Assembly (NCBI GenBank): GCA_049964915.1 | Contig: JBMFWV010000001.1 | Span: forward strand, 13,596 to 77,595 | Direction of reading: 5' to 3' | Length of the DNA stretch: 64,000 nt | DNA from: Rhizomicrobium sp. | GTDB lineage: Bacteria > Pseudomonadota > Alphaproteobacteria > Micropepsales > Micropepsaceae | Shown here: positions 20,028-30,574 of the stretch, piece after piece | Layout: every line of letters starts with the position of its first letter | Numbering within the stretch: position 1 is the stretch's first letter | Notes under the pieces: generated by a model | Databases searched by the model: none | What the model was told of the DNA's origin: nothing | The model's input: the letters and a program-made list of their open reading frames with translations, nothing else | Position numbers and translations under genes: made by a program

Positions 20028-20732
20028 TTAGCCCCAGGGGCCGCGGCGGACATTTCCAAAAAGGCGCACGTGCGACGATTTGAAAAGTGGCGTGAGCAGC
20101 CCACCCGCAAGGAAGCCACCAACATGCGCCCACCAAGCGACACCGGGGTCGCCCGGTCTGGCGAGCATCGCATTCACGAGTTGCATGACAAACCAGAAAC
20201 CGACCACCCAGCCGGCGCTGATCCTCAGAAAGTAGGGCAAAACGCCCAGGGGCACGACCACGCGGATGAGGGCCCGCGGGTAAAGCAGGACATAGGCGGC
20301 AAGAACACCGGAAATCGCCCCAGAGGCCCCAATCATGGGGATGTTCGAGCCGGGGGCCATAGCGGCAAAGCTGAACGCCGCCGCAACCCCGCAGACTAAG
20401 TAGAAGATGAGATAGCGCCAATGGCCCATCGCATCTTCCACATTGTTGCCGAAGATCCATAGGTAAAGCATGTTGCCAGCGATATGGAGCCAGCCCCCAT
20501 GCAGAAACATGGCGGTGAAAATAGTGATCCACGGTGGCACAACGACATAACCGGGGACGCGAACCGCGGTCGCCGCAAGGGAGATCGGGGCAAAGCCAAG
20601 CACATCCAGCGCCGCCGACAGCTGTGATCCCAAAGAAAGTTCCCACACGAACACAGCCGCGCACAACCCGATCAAGGACCAGTTGACCCAGGGGGTAAGG
20701 CGTACGGGATTGTCATCCGAGATCGGGATCAT
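20028..20732 (-). CDS. Rhomboid family intramembrane serine protease
   Basis: MIPISDDNP, FLHGGWLHIAGNMLYLWIFG, GASGA, AWWAHVGGF. Confidence 0.93.
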   Translation of the reverse strand: MIPISDDNPVRLTPWVNWSLIGLCAAVFVWELSLGSQLSAALDVLGFAPISLAATAVRVPGYVVVPPWITIFTAMFLHGGWLHIAGNMLYLWIFGNNVEDAMGHWRYLIFYLVCGVAAAFSFAAMAPGSNIPMIGASGAISGVLAAYVLLYPRALIRVVVPLGVLPYFLRISAGWVVGFWFVMQLVNAMLARPGDPGVAWWAHVGGFLAGGLLTPLFKSSHVRLFGNVRRGPWG

Positions 20733-21126
20733 GGCGCTGTCCGCAGCAGGTCGGCGTCCATCTGTTCCAATCCGGTACATCGCGACGCGAAGCAGCTTCA
20801 GCCGCACCCTGCCGCATCGCAACCAAGATGGCACGCATGATGAAGGGCTATCCGTCGCCGAAGAGCTGATTTTGTCGGCAAATGACGCGCGGGAGCCACA
20901 TTTTCATTGCCCCTCCAGCAGAGAAATGCCGAGGGGCGGTGGCTCCCCATACTCCCGATGCAAAGTCGGCACATTTCGTGGACACTCCGCACCAGAGTTG
21001 TGTCCTCTCCCTGCCGCTCTTGCCGCTGGGTAAGGGCAAGGAGAGCGCCGCTGACGGCGCTCACACCTGCAGAGGACCAACTGCAAGGGACTTTCCATCG
21101 TCACCTGACAGGCGTATGGCGCAGTC

Positions 21127-21154
21127 TTGCACCGCACAACTCCACTGTTATGGT
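21127..21154 (+). promoter_or_regulatory. Putative sigma70 promoter of sucC
   Basis: TTGCAC-N16-TATGGT, about 40 nt upstream of the ATG at 21194. Confidence 0.4.
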
Positions 21155-21193
21155 GCGCCCGCTCAATTTTCTGCTCGCCGCAACGAGGATCCC

Positions 21194-22360
21194 ATGAACA
21201 TTCACGAATACCAGGCCAAGGAGCTGCTTCGCGGCTTCACCGTGCCGGTGCCCAAAGGCTTTCCCGCATTTTCCGTCGAAGAGGCGGTCAAGGCTGCCGA
21301 GAAACTCGGAGGTCCAGTCTGGGTCGTCAAGGCACAGATCCATGCCGGCGGCCGTGGCAAGGGAGGCGGTGTCAAGGTTGTCAAGTCGATCGCGGAGGTC
21401 CGCAAAGAGGCGGAACGTATGCTCGGGATGACCCTCGTCACCCACCAAACCGGCCCACATGGTCGCGTCGTGCACCGGCTTTATATCGAAGATGGCTCCG
21501 CCATCGAACGCGAGCTCTATCTGTCCGCACTGGTAGACCGCGGCACTTCCCGCATCTCCTTCATTGCCTCAACCGAAGGCGGCATGGACATTGAGGAGGT
21601 TGCACACAAGACGCCGGAAAAAATCGCAACCTTTCAGGTGGAACCCGCAGTGGGCTATTCCGGCTATCTCGGTCGCGACATCGCCAGCGCACTCAAACTT
21701 TCCGGTGACGCCGCCAAGCAGTGCGGACAGCTGATCGAGGGGCTCTACAGCGCCTTCCTTGCCAAGGACATGAGCCTGCTGGAGATCAATCCTTTGGTGC
21801 TTACCAAGGACGGACGCCTCGTGTGCCTGGATGCGAAGGTCAACTTTGATGACAACGCGCTCTTCCGTCACAAGGATGTTCAAGCCCTGCGCGATCTTGA
21901 AGAGGAAGATCCCAAGGAAGTTGAAGCCTCAAAATTCGATCTTTCCTACATCAAGCTGGATGGCACGATCGGCTGCATGGTCAACGGCGCCGGTCTGGCC
22001 ATGGCGACCATGGACATCATCAAGCTCTATGGTGAGGAGCCAGCCAACTTCCTCGATGTTGGCGGCGGAGCGAGCAAGGAAAAGGTTACGGCTGCGTTCA
22101 AGATCATTGTCTCAGATCCGAACGTCAAAGGCATTCTGGTCAATATCTTTGGCGGCATCATGAAGTGCGACATCATCGCAGAAGGCATCATCGCCGCAGC
22201 CAAGGAAGTCTCCTTGAACGTACCGCTGGTGGTGCGACTGGAAGGTACCAATGTAGAACTCGGCAAGAAGATCCTCGCCGAGTCCGGCCTTCCTATCGTG
22301 TCAGGCGACGATCTCGCCGACGCCGCCCAGAAAATCGTCAAAGCCGTTAAGGGATCCTGA
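21194..22360 (+). CDS. sucC: Succinyl-CoA synthetase beta subunit
   Basis: [60 protein letters not shown]. Confidence 0.98.
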   Translation: MNIHEYQAKELLRGFTVPVPKGFPAFSVEEAVKAAEKLGGPVWVVKAQIHAGGRGKGGGVKVVKSIAEVRKEAERMLGMTLVTHQTGPHGRVVHRLYIEDGSAIERELYLSALVDRGTSRISFIASTEGGMDIEEVAHKTPEKIATFQVEPAVGYSGYLGRDIASALKLSGDAAKQCGQLIEGLYSAFLAKDMSLLEINPLVLTKDGRLVCLDAKVNFDDNALFRHKDVQALRDLEEEDPKEVEASKFDLSYIKLDGTIGCMVNGAGLAMATMDIIKLYGEEPANFLDVGGGASKEKVTAAFKIIVSDPNVKGILVNIFGGIMKCDIIAEGIIAAAKEVSLNVPLVVRLEGTNVELGKKILAESGLPIVSGDDLADAAQKIVKAVKGS

Positions 22361-22362
22361 GC

Positions 22363-23241
22363 ATGTCTATCCTTGTCGACAAGAACACACGCGTTATCTG
22401 CCAGGGTTTTACCGGCAATCAAGGCACCTTCCATTCCCAGCAGGCCATTGCCTATGGCACCAAGATGGTCGGCGGCACCTCACCGGGCAAGGGCGGTACG
22501 ACCCATCTGGATCTTCCAGTGTTTGATACTGTGCGCGAGGCCAAGGAAAAGACCAGCTGCACGGCATCGGTGATCTATGTTCCGCCACCGTTTGCTGCCG
22601 ACGCCATTCTCGAGGCCATTGATGCCGAAATCGGCCTGATCGTCTGTATTACCGAAGGCATTCCGGTCCTTGACATGGTTAAGGTCAAGCGTGCCTTATC
22701 GGGCTCAAAGTCGCGGCTAATCGGCCCGAACTGTCCTGGCGTAATCACCCCTGGTGAATGCAAAATCGGCATCATGCCAGGCCATATCCATAAGCGCGGC
22801 AAGGTTGGAATCGTCTCACGCTCAGGCACCCTGACCTACGAAGCTGTGGCCCAGACCACCGCCGTCGGACTTGGCCAGTCCAGCTGCGTCGGTATTGGCG
22901 GCGACCCCGTCAAGGGAACGGAACACATCGATGTGCTCGAGATGTTTCTCGCCGATAAGGAAACCGAAAGCATCATCATGATTGGTGAGATCGGTGGCTC
23001 TGCCGAAGAGGACGCGGCGGAATTCATCCGCAGAAGCCGCGTCAAGAAGCCGATGGTTGGCTTTATCGCTGGAGTGACCGCGCCACCGGGACGACGCATG
23101 GGACATGCCGGCGCTATCATTTCAGGTGGCAAGGGCGGTGCTGATTCCAAGATTGAAGCAATGAAATCGGCGGGCATTCGCGTATCGCCGAACCCTGCAG
23201 CCCTGGGCACGACACTGGTGGAACTGCTCAGCGGCAAGTGA
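22363..23241 (+). CDS. sucD: Succinyl-CoA synthetase alpha subunit
   Basis: [36 protein letters not shown]. Confidence 0.98.
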   Translation: MSILVDKNTRVICQGFTGNQGTFHSQQAIAYGTKMVGGTSPGKGGTTHLDLPVFDTVREAKEKTSCTASVIYVPPPFAADAILEAIDAEIGLIVCITEGIPVLDMVKVKRALSGSKSRLIGPNCPGVITPGECKIGIMPGHIHKRGKVGIVSRSGTLTYEAVAQTTAVGLGQSSCVGIGGDPVKGTEHIDVLEMFLADKETESIIMIGEIGGSAEEDAAEFIRRSRVKKPMVGFIAGVTAPPGRRMGHAGAIISGGKGGADSKIEAMKSAGIRVSPNPAALGTTLVELLSGK

Positions 23242-23259
23242 CGCATTTTGCCCTGCCAT

Positions 23260-23300
23260 GAAAGCCCCTCTATAGTCAGAGCGCTTAGGGGGGCTTTTTC
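23260..23300 (+). terminator. Terminator-like hairpin after sucD
   Basis: AAAGCCCC...GGGGC followed by TTTTT, with a large loop; abuts the next ATG. Confidence 0.45.
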
Positions 23301-23714
23301 ATGCGCAAATTTCGTCCGGCAATCATCGCTTCGGCACTGCTGCTCGCAGGTTGCAGCTCCCTGACCAGTCCCTTTGCGCAGCCCCAAAAGCCGCCGCCGG
23401 CCTATGTGGTGTTCTTCCCCGGCCACAGCACGATGTTGTCGGCGAATGCCAAACATATTATTGCTGACGCCGCCACAGCGACAACACAAAGTTCCAACAG
23501 CCTGATCGAAGTCTCTGGCCCCAGCACCAAACTCGCGCCGGGCTATGACCCGCGTTATGCCCAGCCTCGAATCAATGCCGTGATCGACGAACTCCTGGCT
23601 GATGGGGTACCCCAGAACCATATCGCAGAGGGCTCATCCTTGAGTTCGACCCTGGAAGCGGATGTCACGGGCGACCAGCGCGTGGTTTTGCATTTGGTTC
23701 GCGCCTCACGCTGA
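23301..23714 (+). CDS. Lipoprotein with degenerate OmpA C-terminal-like domain
   Basis: Lipobox LAGC; YVVFF...STMLSANAKHII...IEVSG...PRINAVIDELLADGVP. Confidence 0.65.
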   Translation: MRKFRPAIIASALLLAGCSSLTSPFAQPQKPPPAYVVFFPGHSTMLSANAKHIIADAATATTQSSNSLIEVSGPSTKLAPGYDPRYAQPRINAVIDELLADGVPQNHIAEGSSLSSTLEADVTGDQRVVLHLVRASR

Positions 23715-23944
23715 GCCTTGGGACGGGTGCAACCCCGGTCCACTCCTTCGCCCAGGCAGGATTTGACGGCAAATTGTCTCTCTCGCCACCTCCTGTTAAG
23801 CCAGATGTCGCAAAGATAACGTTATCGAAGGCGTGCAATCGCTTTCGGGATGCGCTAAAGGCGGGGGCTTTCTGCACCCGCGCCCTTTCTGATGCGGCTG
23901 TTCGAGGACGGGCCCGACCCAACAAGCCGGCCCAACATGCTGAG

Positions 23945-26878
23945 ATGACGAGTCAATCCGATCCCGCTGTCTCCAATTCGATTCTGGAGACGACGTCCTT
24001 CTTGTTCGGCAGCAATGCCGCTTTCGTTGAAGACCTGTACCGCCAATTTCTTGAAAACCCAGCGAGCGTTGACCCCAGCTGGCGCGACTTCTTCCTCACC
24101 CTCGGCGAGAAGGCACTGTCGCCAACCCAGCTCGGCAGAGGCCCTGCGTGGCGCCGGGATCTTGCTCCGACCCTGGTTCGTGACGAGCTGACCGATGCGC
24201 TAACCGGCAACCTGACGGTCACCTCTGCTTCCCAAGCCCCAACTTCTGCGCTGAACGAGCAGACGTTGCGGGCTGCAGCGCAGGACTCGATCCGCGCCAT
24301 CCAGCTCGTACGAGCCTATCGCATCATCGGCCATCTCGCGGCCAAGCTCGACCCGCTCGGACTAGCGGAAAAGCCTCATCTGCCGCAGCTGGAGCCCTCA
24401 TTCTATGGCTTTGGCGAGACAGATCTTGACAAGCCGGTATTCATGGACGGCGTGCTCGGCCTTTCCATGGCCAAGCCACGGGAAGTCGTCGACCTTCTCA
24501 CCCGCACTTATTGCGGCCGCATCGGCTACGAGTTCATGCACATTACCGATCCGGAACAGAAAGACTGGCTGCAGCGGCGGATCGAAGGGCCCGATAAGGA
24601 GATCTCGTTCACTCCCGAGGGCAAAAAGGCGATCCTGAACAAACTGGTCGAGGCCGAGGGCTTCGAAAAATTCTGCGGTCTGCGTTTCTTGGGTACCAAA
24701 CGTTTTGGCTTGGATGGTGGAGAAGCCGTAATCCCGGCGCTCGAGCAGATCATCAAGCGCGGCGGCCAGCTCGGCGTGCAGGAGATCGTAGTTGGCATGT
24801 CCCACCGTGGACGGCTCAATGTTCTGGCTAACGTTCTTGCCAAGCCTTACCGACAGATCTTTCATGAATTCCAGGGAGGCAGCGCCAATCCCTCCGAGGT
24901 TCAGGGCTCTGGCGATGTCAAATATCACCTTGGCGCATCTTCAGATCGGGAATTTGACGGCAACAAGGTTCATTTGTCGCTCACGGCCAATCCCTCACAT
25001 CTGGAAGCCGTCAATCCCGTCGTCCTCGGCAAGGCTCGCGCCAAACAGCGTCAGCTCGCGGACAATATTGAGCGCTCCAGTGTGATGCCCTTGCTTATCC
25101 ATGGCGATGCCGCATTTGCCGGGCAGGGCGTGGTGTCCGAGTGTTTTGCGATGAGCGGCATCAAGGGCTTCCGCACCGGAGGTACCATTCATGTGATCGT
25201 CAACAATCAGATCGGCTTTACCACGGCACCGATCTACTCACGCTCTTCGCCCTACCCGTCCGACGTGGCGCTGATGGTTCAGGCGCCCATTTTCCATGTC
25301 AACGGCGATGATCCGGAAGCGGTGGTGCACGTTGCACGCATCGCGGCAGAGTTCCGTCAGCTGTTCCACAAAGACGTCGTCATCGACATGTTCTGCTATC
25401 GGCGCTTCGGCCATAACGAGACCGACGAGCCATCCTTTACCCAGCCGCTGATGTATCGGGCCATCAAGGACCATCCTACAACACTTGAGCTTTATGCGCG
25501 TCAGCTCGTCAGCGAAGGCACATTAAGCGACGAGGACGTGAAGGCGATGAGTGATGCCTTCAGTCAGCGTCTCGATGACGAATATCAGGCGTCCAAATCC
25601 CACCGTCCCAATCGCGCCGACTGGCTCGATGGACGCTGGCAGGGACTTTCGGCAGCACCAGAAGGCGACCGCCGCGGCGACACTGCTGTCGCCGATGCAC
25701 TCTTGCGCAAGGTGGGCACGGCCCTGACCACCATTCCCGAAGGCTTCAATGCTCATCGCACCATTGTCCGGCAGTTGCAGGCCAAGGCGCACATGTTTGA
25801 GACCGGCGTCGGGATCGACTGGGCGACGGCTGAGGCCCTCGCGTTAGGAACTCTGCTTGAAGAAGGCTATCCCGTGCGCCTTTCCGGCCAGGATTCAGCG
25901 CGTGGCACATTTAGTCAGCGCCACGCCATGCTGGTCGATCAGCAGACGGCGGCGCGCTACTTCCCGCTCAATCATATCAGTGACAGCCAGGCCGAGTTCG
26001 AAGTGATCGATTCTCTGCTCTCTGAAGAAGCCGTCGTCGGCTTTGAATATGGCTATAGTCTGGCCGAGCCGCGTGCACTTGTGCTGTGGGAGGCGCAGTT
26101 TGGTGATTTTGCCAATGGTGCACAGGTCATGATCGACCAGTTCCTGTCGTCCGGGGAAATGAAGTGGCTGCGCATGTCGGGGCTCGTCCTGCTGCTACCG
26201 CACGGCTATGAAGGTCAAGGCCCGGAACACTCATCCGCCCGGCTCGAACGCTACCTCCAGCTCTGTGCGCAGGATAATATGCAGGTGGCAAACTGTACGA
26301 CGCCTGCCAATTATTTCCATATTCTGCGGCGTCAGATGCACCGCAAGTTCCGCAAGCCATTGATTCTGATGACGCCGAAGTCCCTTCTGCGTCACAAGCG
26401 GGTGGTATCCAGCCTTGAAGAATTGGGACCGGGATCGAGTTTTCACCGCGTTCTGGACGATGGCGCCGAGCGCGATCCCTCCTCCGCCCTCAAACTGGCG
26501 GCGGATTCCGAGATCCGTCGGGTCGTGCTGTGCAGCGGCAAGGTCTATTATGATCTGTTCGAGGCGCGCGAGGAACTCGGCGAGCAGCGCATCCAACTGC
26601 TGCGTGTGGAGCAGCTCTATCCTTTCCCAACCGGACCGCTGGGTCAGGCACTTGAACGCTTTGACCGGGCGCAGATTGTCTGGTGCCAGGAGGAACCGCA
26701 AAACCAGGGAGCCTGGAGTTTCGTCGCACCGCGGATTGAAAAGGTGCTGGCCGATCTCGGACGCAAGGATCGTCCGCGCTACGTCGGCCGCCACGAATCG
26801 GCGTCAACGGCAGCGGGCCTCATGAGCCAGCATGCTGCCGAACTCAAGGCCTTCCTGAACGAGGCGTTGTCACTTTGA
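23945..26878 (+). CDS. sucA: 2-oxoglutarate dehydrogenase E1
   Basis: GTKRFGLDGGE, GMSHRGRLN, GDVKYHLG, NPSHLE, HGDAAFAGQG, GHNETDEP, GQDSARGTFSQRH, PHGYEGQGPEHSSARLER; start set at ATG 23945. Confidence 0.98.
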   Translation: MTSQSDPAVSNSILETTSFLFGSNAAFVEDLYRQFLENPASVDPSWRDFFLTLGEKALSPTQLGRGPAWRRDLAPTLVRDELTDALTGNLTVTSASQAPTSALNEQTLRAAAQDSIRAIQLVRAYRIIGHLAAKLDPLGLAEKPHLPQLEPSFYGFGETDLDKPVFMDGVLGLSMAKPREVVDLLTRTYCGRIGYEFMHITDPEQKDWLQRRIEGPDKEISFTPEGKKAILNKLVEAEGFEKFCGLRFLGTKRFGLDGGEAVIPALEQIIKRGGQLGVQEIVVGMSHRGRLNVLANVLAKPYRQIFHEFQGGSANPSEVQGSGDVKYHLGASSDREFDGNKVHLSLTANPSHLEAVNPVVLGKARAKQRQLADNIERSSVMPLLIHGDAAFAGQGVVSECFAMSGIKGFRTGGTIHVIVNNQIGFTTAPIYSRSSPYPSDVALMVQAPIFHVNGDDPEAVVHVARIAAEFRQLFHKDVVIDMFCYRRFGHNETDEPSFTQPLMYRAIKDHPTTLELYARQLVSEGTLSDEDVKAMSDAFSQRLDDEYQASKSHRPNRADWLDGRWQGLSAAPEGDRRGDTAVADALLRKVGTALTTIPEGFNAHRTIVRQLQAKAHMFETGVGIDWATAEALALGTLLEEGYPVRLSGQDSARGTFSQRHAMLVDQQTAARYFPLNHISDSQAEFEVIDSLLSEEAVVGFEYGYSLAEPRALVLWEAQFGDFANGAQVMIDQFLSSGEMKWLRMSGLVLLLPHGYEGQGPEHSSARLERYLQLCAQDNMQVANCTTPANYFHILRRQMHRKFRKPLILMTPKSLLRHKRVVSSLEELGPGSSFHRVLDDGAERDPSSALKLAADSEIRRVVLCSGKVYYDLFEAREELGEQRIQLLRVEQLYPFPTGPLGQALERFDRAQIVWCQEEPQNQGAWSFVAPRIEKVLADLGRKDRPRYVGRHESASTAAGLMSQHAAELKAFLNEALSL

Positions 26879-27642
26879 GTAGGACCGGCACAACCGTGCC
26901 GCATATGAAGCTCGCCTATCGTGTGGTGGGGCCGCGTCTGTATATCCGCCATCGCGCGAAGCGCGCATGGCGTAAGGCGCGCGACGGCCATGAAGGCGAG
27001 CTAAAGCTACTCTCGTCCATTGTCCCGCGGGATCGCGTGGCAATGGACGTCGGAGCCAATCGCGGCAATTACACATTTTTCCTCTCGCAATTGGTTCCCA
27101 AGACAGTCGCCTATGAACCATCACCGCCCCTGGCGCGCTTTCTGCGCGAGGCTTGCCTGACCGGTGTGGATGTGCGTGAAGCCGGTGTCTCCGATCTGTC
27201 GGGAATGCTGACCTATTGTGTTCCGCTGAACCGACACTCTCGCCCACAATACAATATCGGCTATCTTGGCTCAGGACTTCCCGCCGGTACCCCTGGCATC
27301 GAGCTTCCCGTTCGAGTGGTGCGACTGGACGAGGAAGATCTCGGAGACGTCGGCTTCATCAAGATAGATGTCGAGGGCCACGAGTTCCAGGTGATCGAGG
27401 GTGCCCAGGGGCTGCTGCGCCGCTGCCGCCCCAATCTGCTGGTAGAGATTCTCGAGGGACGCGGGAACAGACAGCAGATTATACAAAATCGTACGGCCTG
27501 CCTGCTGGACCGCCTTGGCTATGAGATTTATGTCTTCGCGCGTGGTGCCTTGATGCCGCTAAGCGATGCCCCGTTAAGCCAGAATACGATGAACTACATT
27601 TTCCTGCCTCGGAACATGGCAGGACCTGGAGACCTTAGATGA
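26875..27642 (+). CDS. FkbM family SAM-dependent methyltransferase
   Basis: [11 protein letters not shown] motif, [22 protein letters not shown]; TTG overlaps the sucA stop and TGA overlaps the sucB ATG. Start could be slightly downstream. Confidence 0.88.
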   Translation: MSRTGTTVPHMKLAYRVVGPRLYIRHRAKRAWRKARDGHEGELKLLSSIVPRDRVAMDVGANRGNYTFFLSQLVPKTVAYEPSPPLARFLREACLTGVDVREAGVSDLSGMLTYCVPLNRHSRPQYNIGYLGSGLPAGTPGIELPVRVVRLDEEDLGDVGFIKIDVEGHEFQVIEGAQGLLRRCRPNLLVEILEGRGNRQQIIQNRTACLLDRLGYEIYVFARGALMPLSDAPLSQNTMNYIFLPRNMAGPGDLR

Positions 27643-28892
27643 GCATAGAGATCAAAGTGCCCGCCATGGGTGAGTCGGTGACAGAAGCAACGGTTGCCCG
27701 TTGGTTCAAGAAGGAAGGCGAGAAAGTCGCCCGCGACGAAGCCTTGTGCGAACTGGAAACCGATAAGGTGACGGTCGAAGTGCCCGCTCCCTCGGAGGGC
27801 GTCCTCGACGTGATCGCAGTAAAGGAAGGCGAGACCGTTGAGGTCGGAAGCATTCTGGGACGCATTAACGAAGGTGCAAGCCCGCGTGCTGCGGACACCA
27901 AGACCGCAGACGCAGCCGCTCCAAAGGCCCCGGCAAAGCCGGCAGCGCCGTCCGCGGCCAAGGCTGCAACGAAGCCTGCGAGCACTGCCGGCACAACGCC
28001 CGCCACCGCAGCCCAAATGCCATCGGTACGACGACTGGCCGCTGAAACAGGGCTTGATCCAGCCGCGGTTCAAGGCAGTGGCAAGGACGGCCGGGTGACC
28101 AAGGGCGACATGCTCGCGGCACTTGAGGCACGAGCGGGGGCGCGCGAAGCATCGCGTCCGGCCTCCCCTTTGCCTGGGCCACGGGCGAATGCGGAGCGTG
28201 AGGAACGGGTGGCAATGACCCGCCTGCGCCGCACCATCGCCACCCGTCTTAAGGAATCCCAAAATACGGCGGCTCAGCTCACCACCTTCAATGAAGTGGA
28301 TATGGGCCATGTGATGCAGCTACGCGCCACTTATAAGGATGCCTTTGAAAAGAAGCATCACGTTCGCCTTGGCTTTATGGGTTTTTTCGTCAAGGCCTGC
28401 GTAGCCGCGCTGGAAGAACTGCCTAATGTCAACGCCGAGATAGAAGGCAACGACATTATATACAAAAATTACTACGACATCGGAGTTGCCGTCTCGACCG
28501 AGCGTGGCCTCGTCGTTCCGGTCGTGCGGGATGCCAAGCATAAGACGGTGGCAGGAATTGAGGCGGCGATTACCGATCTTGGCAGCCGTGCGCGCGACAA
28601 CAAGTTGAAGCTAGAAGAGCTGCAGGGCGGTACGTTTTCGATTACCAATGGCGGCGTTTTTGGCTCCTTGATGTCGACGCCGATCCTCAATGCCCCGCAG
28701 TCGGGTATTTTGGGCATGCACAAGATCCAGCCCCGGCCGGTTGCCATTGGCGACAAAATTGAAATCCGACCGATGATGTATCTGGCCTTGTCCTATGACC
28801 ATCGCCTGGTGGACGGACGCGAGGCGGTAACCTTCCTCGTCCGCGTCAAGGAATACCTCGAAGAGCCACAGCGTTTTCTTCTCGATCTCTAA
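27639..28892 (+). CDS. sucB: 2-oxoglutarate dehydrogenase E2 (dihydrolipoamide succinyltransferase)
   Basis: Lipoyl [47 protein letters not shown]. Confidence 0.98.
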   Translation: MSIEIKVPAMGESVTEATVARWFKKEGEKVARDEALCELETDKVTVEVPAPSEGVLDVIAVKEGETVEVGSILGRINEGASPRAADTKTADAAAPKAPAKPAAPSAAKAATKPASTAGTTPATAAQMPSVRRLAAETGLDPAAVQGSGKDGRVTKGDMLAALEARAGAREASRPASPLPGPRANAEREERVAMTRLRRTIATRLKESQNTAAQLTTFNEVDMGHVMQLRATYKDAFEKKHHVRLGFMGFFVKACVAALEELPNVNAEIEGNDIIYKNYYDIGVAVSTERGLVVPVVRDAKHKTVAGIEAAITDLGSRARDNKLKLEELQGGTFSITNGGVFGSLMSTPILNAPQSGILGMHKIQPRPVAIGDKIEIRPMMYLALSYDHRLVDGREAVTFLVRVKEYLEEPQRFLLDL

Positions 28893-28952
28893 TACCGCGG
28901 GCGACGCCCGGCATAAGTCCGGGCCGTCGCCATCACCAAGAAAGTACCTTCC

Positions 28953-30356
28953 ATGTCCAATAGCTTTGATGTCGTCATCGTCGGCGGTGGGCCGGGCGGC
29001 TACAATGCCGCTATTCGCGCCGGCCAGCTTGGTTTGAGCAGCGCCTGCATTGACAAGCGCGGCACGTTTGGCGGGACTTGCCTCAATGTGGGCTGCATTC
29101 CATCAAAGGCCCTGCTGCACACGAGCCACCTTTATGATGAGGCCTTGAACCACCTGCCAAAGCTCGGCATCAAGACCAAGGTCGAACTCGATCTCGCGGC
29201 TATGATGACCCATAAGACTTCGGTCGTAGGTGAGCTGACGAAGGGTGTCGAGTTTCTGCTCAAGAAGAACAAATCCGAAGCGATTGTTGGACAGGCTCGG
29301 GTGCGAGCTCCCAACCAGGTTGACGTCAAGCTGGCAGACGGCACCATTCGTGAACTGACCGCAAGACATATCGTTATTGCGACAGGGTCGGACAGTGCCA
29401 CCCTCCCCGGTATTGAGATCGATGAGGACCGCATCGTCTCCTCGACCGGAGCGCTATCCTTGAAGCAGGTACCTAAACGCCTGGTGGTGGTTGGCGGCGG
29501 CTATATCGGCCTTGAACTGGGGTCAGTGTGGCGGCGTCTTGGCAGCGACGTCACCGTGGTTGAGTTTCTTGACCGTATCACGCCCGGGCTGGACGGAGAG
29601 ATCGGCAAACAGTTCCAGCGGATTTTATCTCGTCAGGGCATGAAGTTCCAGCTCTCAACCAAAGTGATCGGTGTCGAACGCAGCAAGGACGGCCTTGAAA
29701 TTCGCATCCAACCAGCCGACGGCGGTGAAACCAAGAGCCTGCACGGGGATGTCATGCTCGTGTCCATCGGCCGACGTCCGTATACAGATGATCTTGGATT
29801 GGGTGATGTCGGCGTTGCCCTCGATGCCCGCGGACGCGTCGTCACCGATGTACACTTCAAAAGCAACATACCGGGCATTTATGCGGTCGGTGACGTGCGC
29901 GAAGGAGCTATGCTCGCACACAAGGCCGAGGACGAAGCTGTGGCCTGTATTGACCACATCGCCGGACGCTTCGGGCATGTAAATTATGATGCGATACCGG
30001 CTGTGGTTTACACGGCACCAGAAGTGGCAAGCGTAGGCAAGACCGAGGAAGAGCTTAAGGCCGCTGGCGTCAGCTACAAGATCGGCAAGTTTCCCTTCAC
30101 CGCCAATGCCCGCGCCAAGACCATTGCCGCCACCGAGGGTTTTGCCAAGGTGATCGCCGACGCCAAGACCGATCAGGTCCTTGGGGTGCACATCATTGGG
30201 GCTGAAGCCGGCAACCTCATTCAGGAGGCCGCCCTTGCCATCGAAATTGGCTGCGCCTCCGAGGATATTGCGCGTACCAGCCATGCCCACCCCACGCTGA
30301 CAGAGGCAGTGCGCCAGGCGGCCATGGGCGTGGAAGGCTGGACGATGCAGATGTAA
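28953..30356 (+). CDS. lpdA: Dihydrolipoamide dehydrogenase (E3)
   Basis: GGGPGG, GGTCLNVGCIPSK, GGGYIGLE, MLAHKAEDE, HAHPTLTE. Confidence 0.97.
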   Translation: MSNSFDVVIVGGGPGGYNAAIRAGQLGLSSACIDKRGTFGGTCLNVGCIPSKALLHTSHLYDEALNHLPKLGIKTKVELDLAAMMTHKTSVVGELTKGVEFLLKKNKSEAIVGQARVRAPNQVDVKLADGTIRELTARHIVIATGSDSATLPGIEIDEDRIVSSTGALSLKQVPKRLVVVGGGYIGLELGSVWRRLGSDVTVVEFLDRITPGLDGEIGKQFQRILSRQGMKFQLSTKVIGVERSKDGLEIRIQPADGGETKSLHGDVMLVSIGRRPYTDDLGLGDVGVALDARGRVVTDVHFKSNIPGIYAVGDVREGAMLAHKAEDEAVACIDHIAGRFGHVNYDAIPAVVYTAPEVASVGKTEEELKAAGVSYKIGKFPFTANARAKTIAATEGFAKVIADAKTDQVLGVHIIGAEAGNLIQEAALAIEIGCASEDIARTSHAHPTLTEAVRQAAMGVEGWTMQM

Positions 30357-30454
30357 GGCCCGGCCAAGAGTCGTGCCTGGAGGAAGTTTTGCTTCGTCTA
30401 CGCTGATAACGCGGTATAGTTTTCAGGCACAACGAATCGAAAGGAGGTGATCCA

Positions 30455-30532
30455 GTGTCTCATTGTCATGACCTGCGGCGTCTTGGTGCCGCGAACTGGA
30501 TCGGCGTTTCGGGCGAGGTCCTGGTCGCATAA
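30455..30532 (+). CDS. Candidate 25-aa small ORF (MSHCHDLRRLGAANWIGVSGEVLVA)
   Basis: GTG start directly behind GAAAGGAGGTGATCCA, TAA stop, terminator downstream. Confidence 0.45.
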   Translation: MSHCHDLRRLGAANWIGVSGEVLVA

Positions 30533-30574
30533 AGCAAGCAGTCCGTGCGGGCACCTACCCCGCAGCAGGCAATG

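Noticed and set aside
20955-20970. GATGCAAAG resembling c-di-GMP-I riboswitch GACGCAAAG
   Set aside because: Lacks the GGCAAAC P2 and tetraloop-receptor architecture; kept only as part of a generic hairpin cluster.
30439-30455. Possible 16S rRNA gene fragment on the minus strand
   Set aside because: The match is limited to the terminal 17 nt; flanks do not continue into helix 45 or an ITS.
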